Assembly: GCA_021650915.1 (NCBI GenBank)
Contig: CP091279.1
Location: forward strand, 2,940,001 to 2,972,000
DNA: 32,000 nucleotides
Source: Candidatus Brocadia sp.
GTDB lineage: Bacteria > Planctomycetota > Brocadiia > Brocadiales > Brocadiaceae
Reading direction: 5' to 3'
Both the position numbers and the translations under genes were made by a program. Under the pieces are notes generated by a model. The model searched no databases. It was not told where the DNA came from and saw only the letters and a list, made by a program, of their open reading frames with translations. Positions 8,249-15,023 of this stretch are shown piece after piece. Numbering within the stretch: position 1 is the first letter of the stretch; every line of letters starts with the position of its first letter.

Positions 8249-8307
8249 TAGCCGTATAATTAAGTCATCAGTAACCGTATTATAGGTACTAATAGCCATA
8301 AAATAAG
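8249..8307 (+). promoter_or_regulatory. Three degenerate direct repeats at 21-23 bp spacing between the promoter and the tcmP start (possible operator)
   Basis: TAGCCGTATAATTAAG (8249), TAACCGTATTATAGG (8272), TAGCCATAAAATAAG (8293). The shared core is TA(G/A)CC(G/A)TA.A.T.A.G. The spacing is about two helical turns. Confidence 0.3.
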
Positions 8308-8370
8308 ACAGCTAATTCAAATAAGTAATATCTTAAAACTATTCATTAGTACAAACAAGGAATATCAGAA

Positions 8371-9525
8371 ATGGTTAACAATAGTTTTTTCGAAGAACAG
8401 AAAGAACAATCACTAGTTAAGTCCATTATCGTTGCCAAGTATTTTGATGTCTGGGCAAACGTTATTATCAACACACAAAAGAAATATCCACAGTATCCCC
8501 AGAAAATTGCCTATATTGATCTTTTTGCCGGTCCCGGGCGTTATAAAGACGGTACCCAATCTACACCAATAAAAATATTGACCAGCGCCATTGCCAAGCC
8601 AGATTTGCGAGATCGACTGGTTGCCATATTCAATGATAAGGATGAAAACAATTCAAAAACTTTACGGGCAGCTATAAACAACATTCCTGGAATTGAGACG
8701 TTGCGCTACCAACCAGAAGTTTACAATGAGGAAGTTGGCGACGAGATTGTCAAGATGTTTGAAAACATGAATCTGATGCCAACATTGTTTTTTGTCGATC
8801 CCTGGGGTTATAAAGGGCTTTCGCTTGGCTTGGTTAACTCTGTATTAAAAGATTGGGGGTGTGATGCCATTTTCTTTTTTAATTACAATCGTATCAATAT
8901 GGGCATTGATAACGAAGACGTGAGGCAACACATGAATGAATTGTTTGGCGAAGAACGAGCCGAAGAATTGCGTAAAAAAATCAGGAACAAAAATCCAGAA
9001 GAAAGAGAATTATTCATTGTCGAAGAATTATGTCAGGCTTTAAAAGCGTATGGTTCAAGGTATGTATTGCCTTTCAGATTCAAAAATGACCGAGGGAAAA
9101 GAACAAGTCATCATTTAATCTTTGTAAGCAAACATTTTCGCGGTTATGAAATCATGAAAGATATTATGGCTCGTGAAAGCACTAGCAATATGCAAGATGT
9201 GCCGTCATTTGAATATAACCCAGCTGATTTACTGCCCAAACAGATGCTTCTATTTATGCTTTTCCGCCCGCTCGATGATTTGAGGGATAGTTTGCTGCAA
9301 ACATTCAAAGGACAAAGATTAAGAATGCAAAAAATTTACGAACAACATAATGTAGACACGCCTTACATAAAAAAGAATTACAAAGATATCTTACGTCAAT
9401 TGTATGATGAAGACATTATCCAAGCCGTTTCATCGAAAGGCAAGCCGCCGAAGAAAGATACCTTTGGAGATGATATTCTGGTAACTTTTCCTAAAAGGAT
9501 AAAGCAATGGCAAGCAGTAAAATAG
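8371..9525 (+). CDS. tcmP: Three-Cys-motif partner protein TcmP-like (uncharacterised; Rossmann/methyltransferase-like motifs)
   Basis: 384 aa, adjacent to and overlapping a Gp37/Gp68 (DUF5131) gene, the defining context of the TcmP family. Contains IDLFAGPG (aa 49-56), an acidic FNDKD strand end (aa 87-91) and FFVDPWGY (aa 140-147). Order and spacing resemble class-I SAM-methyltransferase motifs I, II and IV. Confidence 0.7.
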   Translation: MVNNSFFEEQKEQSLVKSIIVAKYFDVWANVIINTQKKYPQYPQKIAYIDLFAGPGRYKDGTQSTPIKILTSAIAKPDLRDRLVAIFNDKDENNSKTLRAAINNIPGIETLRYQPEVYNEEVGDEIVKMFENMNLMPTLFFVDPWGYKGLSLGLVNSVLKDWGCDAIFFFNYNRINMGIDNEDVRQHMNELFGEERAEELRKKIRNKNPEERELFIVEELCQALKAYGSRYVLPFRFKNDRGKRTSHHLIFVSKHFRGYEIMKDIMARESTSNMQDVPSFEYNPADLLPKQMLLFMLFRPLDDLRDSLLQTFKGQRLRMQKIYEQHNVDTPYIKKNYKDILRQLYDEDIIQAVSSKGKPPKKDTFGDDILVTFPKRIKQWQAVK

Positions 9526-10295
9526 AATGGACAGAATCTACGTGGAATCCGGTTACCGGCTGCACCAAAATTAGTGCCGGTTGCAAAAACTGTTATGCGG
9601 AACGTCTGGCTAAAAGACTAAAAGCCATGGGACAGCCCAATTATAAAAATGGGTTTAAACTTACACTGCACGAACAAGTGTTGGAATATCCGTTACAATG
9701 GAAAAAACCGCAAACCATTTTTGTGAATTCTATGAGCGATTTATTTCATGAAGAAATTCCGGATGAGTTTATCTTTAAAGTATTTGATGTGATGAAGCGG
9801 GCGTATTGGCACAGATTCCAAATTTTAACAAAGCGTTCCGTCCGTTTAAAGGAAATGGCTTCATTGCTTGATTGGCCTGAAAATGTTTGGATGGGAGTGA
9901 GTGTTGAAAATTTATTGGCTAAATACCGGATTGATGATCTGAAAGCAGTTCCTGCATTTATTCGCTTTCTTTCTTTTGAGCCCTTATTAAGTCCACTTGG
10001 TCATTTGGTTTTGGGTGATATTCACTGGGTAATTGTTGGGGGAGAATCAGGGCCAAAGGCCAGGCCAATGAAAAAAGAATGGGTAGTTCAAATTAGAGGA
10101 CAATGTATTGAACAAGGTGTACCGTTCTTTTTCAAGCAATGGGGTGGAATCAATAAAAAGAAAACCGGAAGACTACTGGAAGGACGGACATGGGATGAGA
10201 TACCTTTGAAACTCATTGAACTTGAAGAAGAAATTGAGCATGACAAATCGCTGCGCCTGACCGCTATTCCGCTGGCGCTCCATAGCGGCAGGTGA
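9507..10295 (+). CDS. Phage Gp37/Gp68 family protein (DUF5131), three-Cys motif
   Basis: 262 aa. IEWTESTWNPVTGCTKISAGCKNCYAE (C19-x6-C26-x2-C29), IFVNSMSDLFHE, FQILTKR, FLSFEPLL, HWVIVGGESGPKARPM and PFFFKQWGG are the conserved blocks of this family. It overlaps tcmP by 19 nt. Confidence 0.85.
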   Translation: MASSKIEWTESTWNPVTGCTKISAGCKNCYAERLAKRLKAMGQPNYKNGFKLTLHEQVLEYPLQWKKPQTIFVNSMSDLFHEEIPDEFIFKVFDVMKRAYWHRFQILTKRSVRLKEMASLLDWPENVWMGVSVENLLAKYRIDDLKAVPAFIRFLSFEPLLSPLGHLVLGDIHWVIVGGESGPKARPMKKEWVVQIRGQCIEQGVPFFFKQWGGINKKKTGRLLEGRTWDEIPLKLIELEEEIEHDKSLRLTAIPLALHSGR

Positions 10296-10303
10296 ACTCG
10301 GGT

Positions 10304-10732
10304 GTTGAACGAAACCGCTTCGCGGCTGCATTTCAGAGAGAAGAGATTCGATAGTTTGTTCTTTGAACAAGGAAGAATTATTTGCCAGGCTTACCGGGAT
10401 TGATCCCCGGATATGCCATTGTTGTGGAAAAGGCACGATGGTGAGGAGAGAAACATTACACCCCCTCATTCATGCGCCCCTTGGGAAGGGCTAATTTCAG
10501 TCTTGATTTATTCCCACGGGAAGTGTATTGTTACCATACCAAGGGGAGAGGTACGCCCTTTTTGAGCAAACACCTTGAAAGAATACCTGAATTTTCAATA
10601 TGTCTCTGGAAAAACATGATGTTTCCGAAAGCATTATTGACAAATATCAACGACACAAGCAACAAAAACAGTATTTTACCCAGAAGCCGTACGATTGAAT
10701 CCCCATAGTGGGGAGCAGCGGCTTCGTTCAAC
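10304..10732. mobile_element. 429-bp segment bounded by 18-bp inverted repeats (16/18); probable decayed mobile-element scar
   Basis: Left arm GTTGAACGAAACCGCTTC (10304-10321). The reverse complement of the right arm 10715-10732 is GTTGAACGAAGCCGCTGC. The segment starts 9 nt after the DUF5131 stop and contains the transposase-tail remnant listed next, plus a CCCCA-tag-TGGGG hairpin (10701-10713). Confidence 0.4.
10309..10495 (+). pseudogene. Remnant of the C-terminal tail of an IS91-family (Y2) transposase
   Basis: A 62-codon open frame without a start ends ..SLNKEELFARLTGIDPRICHCCGKGTMVRRETLHPLIHAPLGKG*. The 'tGiD...C..CgkGtM' ending resembles IS91-family transposase C-termini. Recognised from memory only; there is no upstream transposase body. 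Confidence 0.35.
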
Positions 10733-10850
10733 GGTATTTTATCCGTAATTGAGCTTGCGAAGAGACAATGATAAGATTATTTCTCTTTTCGCAAATTCAG
10801 ACAAAGCTGGTGCGTTTTTTTATTCGGCTCAAATACGGATAAAATACTTA

Positions 10851-11924
10851 ATGTTAGGCACACCGAATACAGGCATTCGCATGGCGGCACGCATTGCAAT
10901 TTATGGTGGCACTGACTTACCGCGAGAACTTGTTGAATTCGTGCGTTGCCTAACCCGCAGTTTTCTCGCAATCCAAGATGTTGTCCTGGTCAGTGGCGGC
11001 TTTAAGTGTTTCAAGAAGTATCCCGACCGCATCTCTGTTGATCTCGCAGTATTGCGTGCGGCTAAGCGGTACATTAGCCAACCTCAGGATTTCGACCAAC
11101 GATTTGAAACGTGGCTCCCCGCAGAGAAGCTAGATCGTCCAAGCGATCAGGTCGAACGCTTCGCGGAAGGTACGGTCCACAGAATTCCAGGGACGGATCA
11201 AGCTAGACGTTTCAACTTAGTCAGGGCGGCTGACGGCCTGGTAACGATCATCGGCAAGGGAAATACTCGCACCGTTCTGGAGTTGGCATTGGCTCTGGAC
11301 AAACCAGCTTTGCCAATTGCCTTCACAGGAGGTGACTCAAAGAGCTTATGGGACGCCAATCGCGAGGAGTTCATCAAGTCTCTCAACCTTCATCCCCAGC
11401 TGACCAGCCGCCTTCAGGGTGATCCTCCGCCGCTGGCGGAAGTGGAAGGCCTTGCCAAGGAAATCGCTCAGGCTGTTTATGAAGCCGCGAAGAAACGCTG
11501 CTTGGTTCTGATGCCATTCGGATCTGAGCATGATGACTTTTATCAGAACGTACTTCGTGACGCGATCGAACGAGCAAACTACATCCCATATCGAATCGAT
11601 ATCGATGCCTACGCAGGAAATATTCCGTCTCTATTCCTATCCTCGTTGGAATGCGCTCGGTCGGTAGTCGTTGACGTCACTGGCCGGAATCCCAATGTGA
11701 TGTATGAGCTTGGCCAGGTCCATGCTCGTGGAATCAACCCGTTAATCATTGATCGTCGGCAACAGTCCAAGATGGATGCTGGCGCAATGCCGTTCTATCT
11801 GCGTCATGAGAAGCTGGTCAGTGAAGAGAATAACGAAGCCGGTCACCGTAGAATCGCCAACGTGCTAACGCAATACCTAAACGCTGTGGCTAAGAATGCA
11901 GATGAATATCGACGCCAACCATGA
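10851..11924 (+). CDS. SLOG-like domain + TIR-like / nucleoside 2-deoxyribosyltransferase-fold domain fusion protein
   Basis: The ORF is open from TTG at 10749. I prefer ATG at 10851 (alternative ATG at 10881). N-terminal half: RIAIYGG..VVLVSGGFKC..LVTIIGKGNTRTVLELALALDKPALPIAFTGGDS (GG / GxGT..E / GG pattern of SMF-DprA-LOG-type domains). C-terminal half: CLVLMPFGSEHDDFYQNVLRDAIE..YRIDID..SLFLSSLECARSVVVDVTGRNPNVMYELGQVHARGINPLII (the MPF..D..NpNV-YE-G-AhA pattern of TIR-like/NDT-fold domains). Sampled 60-nt lines are 55-67% GC versus 37% in the neighbouring genes. Confidence 0.6.
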   Translation: MLGTPNTGIRMAARIAIYGGTDLPRELVEFVRCLTRSFLAIQDVVLVSGGFKCFKKYPDRISVDLAVLRAAKRYISQPQDFDQRFETWLPAEKLDRPSDQVERFAEGTVHRIPGTDQARRFNLVRAADGLVTIIGKGNTRTVLELALALDKPALPIAFTGGDSKSLWDANREEFIKSLNLHPQLTSRLQGDPPPLAEVEGLAKEIAQAVYEAAKKRCLVLMPFGSEHDDFYQNVLRDAIERANYIPYRIDIDAYAGNIPSLFLSSLECARSVVVDVTGRNPNVMYELGQVHARGINPLIIDRRQQSKMDAGAMPFYLRHEKLVSEENNEAGHRRIANVLTQYLNAVAKNADEYRRQP

Positions 11925-11945
11925 ACGCTTGCAACAGGGTGGCCT

Positions 11946-12077
11946 GCCTAACGAGTGCTTGCAGCCGACCCGCCTTACGTCTGCGGTGTCCTGCGGTTCG
12001 CGGCGCTGCTTGCTGCCTGCGGCGTCCATCGTTCCGCTCTCCGCTGTGCGGTGGTCGGCTGAAGCCGAACGTTGTAC
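11946..12077 (+). other. Integron attC-like imperfect palindrome immediately 3' of the SLOG/TIR-like gene
   Basis: GCCTAAC (11946-11952, fits RYYYAAC) and GTTGTAC (12071-12077, fits GTTRRRY with one mismatch). AACG/CGTT pair. Unpaired spacers are AGTG and CCGAA. A 12-bp stem pairs CTT[G]CAGCCGACC (11958-11970) with GGTCGGCTGAAG (12053-12064), leaving a single bulged G. The 82-nt central region is GC-rich. Total length 132 bp. Confidence 0.4.
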
Positions 12078-12451
12078 GTAAACAATGCAATGAGAGGGGT
12101 AATCCATTGGGAAAACCTGAAGTCGAATCCACGATGCAAGTATATTGTGATTGTACAAATAAAAAAGGCGAAGTTATATATTCATCAGTGAATACTACAT
12201 GGATATGTAAATCTGAATAGCTTGATACAGTGAAAAGCGGCATTTTTTCTTCGGTAAATCGGTTCAAATATTATTGGGCATGCTTAAATTGTGAAAAAAC
12301 ACGAGATGTCGGCATATGGGACACCGAAGGAAACTCATAGGGTGTAAAAAGATAGACTACCATTTATATGCCCTGCGCATGTCAAGGGGAAAAACTTTTT
12401 TGTATACCATAATATTTGCAGACATGTTAAAATTCTTTAGGAGGTAAATCT

Positions 12452-12670
12452 ATGGCAACTACATACGTTAAAGACGATCTCATCGCCCAGGTTGAAAAAC
12501 TTCCTTACGACCTACAACTTCGGGTGCTTGATTTTGTTAAATCTTTGATTCCCAAAGGGGTTACAGGGAAAAATCTTTTACAATTTGAAGGAACTATTCC
12601 CGTTGATGATTTAGAGAGAATGTCTAAAGCAATAGAGGAATGTGAGAAGGTAGACACCAGTGAATGGTAG
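12452..12670 (+). CDS. Type II antitoxin (DUF2281/VapB-like) partner of the PIN toxin
   Basis: 72 aa. LIAQVEKLPYDLQLRVLDFVKSL resembles the DUF2281-type antitoxin N-terminus. An AGGAGG Shine-Dalgarno motif sits 8 nt upstream. It overlaps the downstream PIN gene by 11 nt. Confidence 0.65.
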   Translation: MATTYVKDDLIAQVEKLPYDLQLRVLDFVKSLIPKGVTGKNLLQFEGTIPVDDLERMSKAIEECEKVDTSEW

Positions 12671-13049
12671 ATTTCTTCTCGATACCAATATAATAATTGC
12701 TCTCTTTGCTAAAGACCCGAAAATTCATGACCGCATGGCTAATGCTGAGGAAATCTTTGTCTCATGCATTGCTATCGGAGAGATGTATTTTGGAGCTTAC
12801 AAATCGCTTAAAATTCAAGAAAATATCAGTCGTATTGATGAATTCGTACTTAAGAATACCGTGCTTTCATGCAATACCGAAACAGCAAAGATATACGGTA
12901 ACATAAAGAATCGTTTAAAAGACAAAGGACAGCCAATTCCAGAAAATGACATATGGCTCGCTGCAATCGCTCAGCAATATGGTCTAATATTAGTCACTAA
13001 AGATTCCCACTTCGATGCGATTGAAAATTTAAAAATTGAAAAATGGTAA
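12660..13049 (+). CDS. vapC: PIN-domain ribonuclease toxin VapC
   Basis: 129 aa, GTG start. FLLDTNIIIALF (first acidic residue), IAIGEMYFG, and IPENDIWLAAIAQQYGLILVTKDSHF (conserved D residues) are typical of VapC. Confidence 0.85.
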   Translation: MNGRFLLDTNIIIALFAKDPKIHDRMANAEEIFVSCIAIGEMYFGAYKSLKIQENISRIDEFVLKNTVLSCNTETAKIYGNIKNRLKDKGQPIPENDIWLAAIAQQYGLILVTKDSHFDAIENLKIEKW

Positions 13050-13109
13050 TATCGTTTGACCGCAAGACCAGATTGAGAAATATAAGACCGCGTACAACAA
13101 AAGCATCGA

Positions 13110-13160
13110 GAGGGACGGGGAATAGCTGTCGGATTTCATATTTTATATTCCCTGCCCCTC
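13110..13160. repeat. 15-bp imperfect inverted repeat (13/15) between convergent vapC and nadB
   Basis: GAGGGACGGGGAATA (13110-13124) and TATTCCCTGCCCCTC (13146-13160), with a 21-nt loop. It may be a bidirectional terminator-like hairpin, but no clear U-tract follows. Confidence 0.6.
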
Positions 13161-13282
13161 ATGCTTGCCGTTGAGCTTCTTGAGCGGGGGACATGGTCAG
13201 AGGTCAGATTTGTGATTACGGATTTTATTATTGCGGTGAAATAACGGAGGACTCTCAGGTCGGCTATCCCTTGCGATTCGGA

Positions 13283-14956
13283 TCAGGATTTCTGCCTTTT
13301 CACGGTAATATGTCTCTTCCAGTGAGTATTGTCTGTTTCGGGGTAATCAGAGCGGTGGTGAACACCGCGGGATTCCTTGCGTTTGCGGGCTGAAACGACA
13401 ATAAGACGGGAAACCAGCAGCATGTTCTGTAACTCCCATCCTGCCGGGTTGGCAAACTCTTTGTCCATGACGTACCGACACCACATTTCAATCATCTCTT
13501 CCGCCTCAAGCAGGTGTTTTTCGTCACGTTCTATCCCGGCATCCCTCCACATAAGACTCTTGAGGGAATTCCCAATATCATTCAGATCCAGCCAGCTGAT
13601 CTTTGATCCGCCCGCAAGCTCCTGAATGGGGTAAGGAAACAATTCCCGTTTCGACCTTTGGATTGACTTGCCGGCGTCTGCCCCGGCAACAGAACCTGCG
13701 ACCAGCCCTTCAAGCAAGGAATTGCTGCCAAGCCGATTGGCACCATGCATGCCGGTGCAGGCCACTTCACCGCAGGCGTAAAGGTGTCTGATGGTCGTTC
13801 GGGAAAAACGATTGACCTTCACCCCGCCAATCATATAGTGCGCGCTGGGACGCACCGGAATGAGGTCTTTGGCAATATCAATTCCAAAAGACGCGCAGAT
13901 CTCCCTGATTCTGGGGAAACGGGCATACAATCGTTCTTTCGGGATATGGCGTATATCGATATAGACATGGGTGCGATCGGTCTTCTGCATTTCTTTCAGG
14001 ATGCTCTGGCTGACGACGTCTCGTGGCGCCAGCTCCGCCTGTGGATGATACTTCGGCATGAAGCGTTCACCTCGTTTATTCCTCAAGATACCCCCTTCAC
14101 CGCGCACCGTCTCCGTGATGAGAAACCGCACCGCACCGGCAATATAAAGCGTGGTGGGATGAAACTGCACAAATTCCATATCCTGAAGGGTGGCGCCCGC
14201 CCGGTAGGCCATTGCCAAACCATCACCCGTGGCTACGCCGGGATTCGTTGTCTCGCGGTAGACTTGTCCGCACCCCCCTGTTGCCAGAATCGTCCGCTTT
14301 GCCCAGATCAGCATGCTTCCCTTCTTTGCGTGCCAGGCAATTGCGCCGTGACAAATTCCGTCCTCGGTAATCAAGTCGATTACAAAGGTATGTTCAAAGA
14401 CCTTGATATTTTTATTTTCTCGTGCAACGGCAATGAGGGTTTGCTCTATCTCTTTCCCGGTAGAGTCGCCCTGGGCGTGAATAATGCGGGGAAAGTGGTG
14501 TCCTCCCTCCTGCGTAAAAACCAGACGGTCATTTTCCTTGTCAAATAACGCGCCCCATGCAATCAATTCATTCACTCGCCGGGGGCCTTCGCTAATAAAG
14601 GCTTTTACCGTTGCAGCGTCACATAAACCCTGACCTGCATCCAGGGTGTCTTTGATATGCTTCGATACCGTGTCACCGGCGGAGAGGACGACCGCTACGC
14701 CTCCCTGGGCATAGGCAGTGTTATTTTCATCAATCCTTTCCTTGGTGACAACCAATACGCTATCACACCTTGCCGCCTGTATGGCGGCGCTGAGCCCTGC
14801 CACCCCGCTTCCCATCACCAGGACGTCGGTAAAAACGTGAGCGGTAGTGCGGCTGTCAAAGGAGACGAGGTATCTTTTTGGTTCCACTTGTTTTTTCACG
14901 GAACGAATTCTATCCTTAATAAATTTGTTTGTCAAAGAAAACTCCTTTATTTTCAT
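13283..14956 (-). CDS. nadB: L-aspartate oxidase
   Basis: 557 aa. DVLVMGSGVAGLSAA FAD fold, AQGGVAVV, RPSAHYMIGGVKVN and CGEVACTGMHGANRLGSNSLLEGLV are typical of NadB (fumarate reductase/succinate dehydrogenase flavoprotein family). There is an N-terminal extension of about 40 aa. Confidence 0.9.
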   Translation of the reverse strand: MKIKEFSLTNKFIKDRIRSVKKQVEPKRYLVSFDSRTTAHVFTDVLVMGSGVAGLSAAIQAARCDSVLVVTKERIDENNTAYAQGGVAVVLSAGDTVSKHIKDTLDAGQGLCDAATVKAFISEGPRRVNELIAWGALFDKENDRLVFTQEGGHHFPRIIHAQGDSTGKEIEQTLIAVARENKNIKVFEHTFVIDLITEDGICHGAIAWHAKKGSMLIWAKRTILATGGCGQVYRETTNPGVATGDGLAMAYRAGATLQDMEFVQFHPTTLYIAGAVRFLITETVRGEGGILRNKRGERFMPKYHPQAELAPRDVVSQSILKEMQKTDRTHVYIDIRHIPKERLYARFPRIREICASFGIDIAKDLIPVRPSAHYMIGGVKVNRFSRTTIRHLYACGEVACTGMHGANRLGSNSLLEGLVAGSVAGADAGKSIQRSKRELFPYPIQELAGGSKISWLDLNDIGNSLKSLMWRDAGIERDEKHLLEAEEMIEMWCRYVMDKEFANPAGWELQNMLLVSRLIVVSARKRKESRGVHHRSDYPETDNTHWKRHITVKRQKS

Positions 14957-15023
14957 GGTAAATTTGGCTTATGATGATAAAATGAGAGAAACGGATATTT
15001 CATGATTTTGTGGAGGACGTGCC

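Noticed and set aside
10304-10732. Reading the 10304/10732 inverted repeat as one giant attC site
   Set aside because: At 429 bp it is far longer than known attC sites. The arms pair almost perfectly without the unpaired spacer and bulged bases that characterise attC. It is treated as a mobile-element scar instead.
10851-11924. Calling the SLOG/TIR-like gene a Thoeris system
   Set aside because: There is no separate ThsB-type TIR gene and no SIR2 or other ThsA effector domain. Only the general sensor-effector logic is comparable, so it is not annotated as Thoeris.
12132-12218. Small Cys-containing ORF (MQVYCDCTNKKGEVIYSSVNTTWICKSE) after the attC-like element
   Set aside because: It is too short, has no clear ribosome-binding site or recognisable family, and cannot be supported from sequence alone.
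11877-12267. ORFs 11896-12081 (+), 11921-12220 (+), 11877-12158 (-) and 11890-12267 (-) over the GC-rich tail
   Set aside because: They are Arg/Ala/Cys-rich, low-complexity translations that overlap each other and the attC-like palindrome. The open frames are better explained by GC-rich palindromic DNA than by coding sequence.
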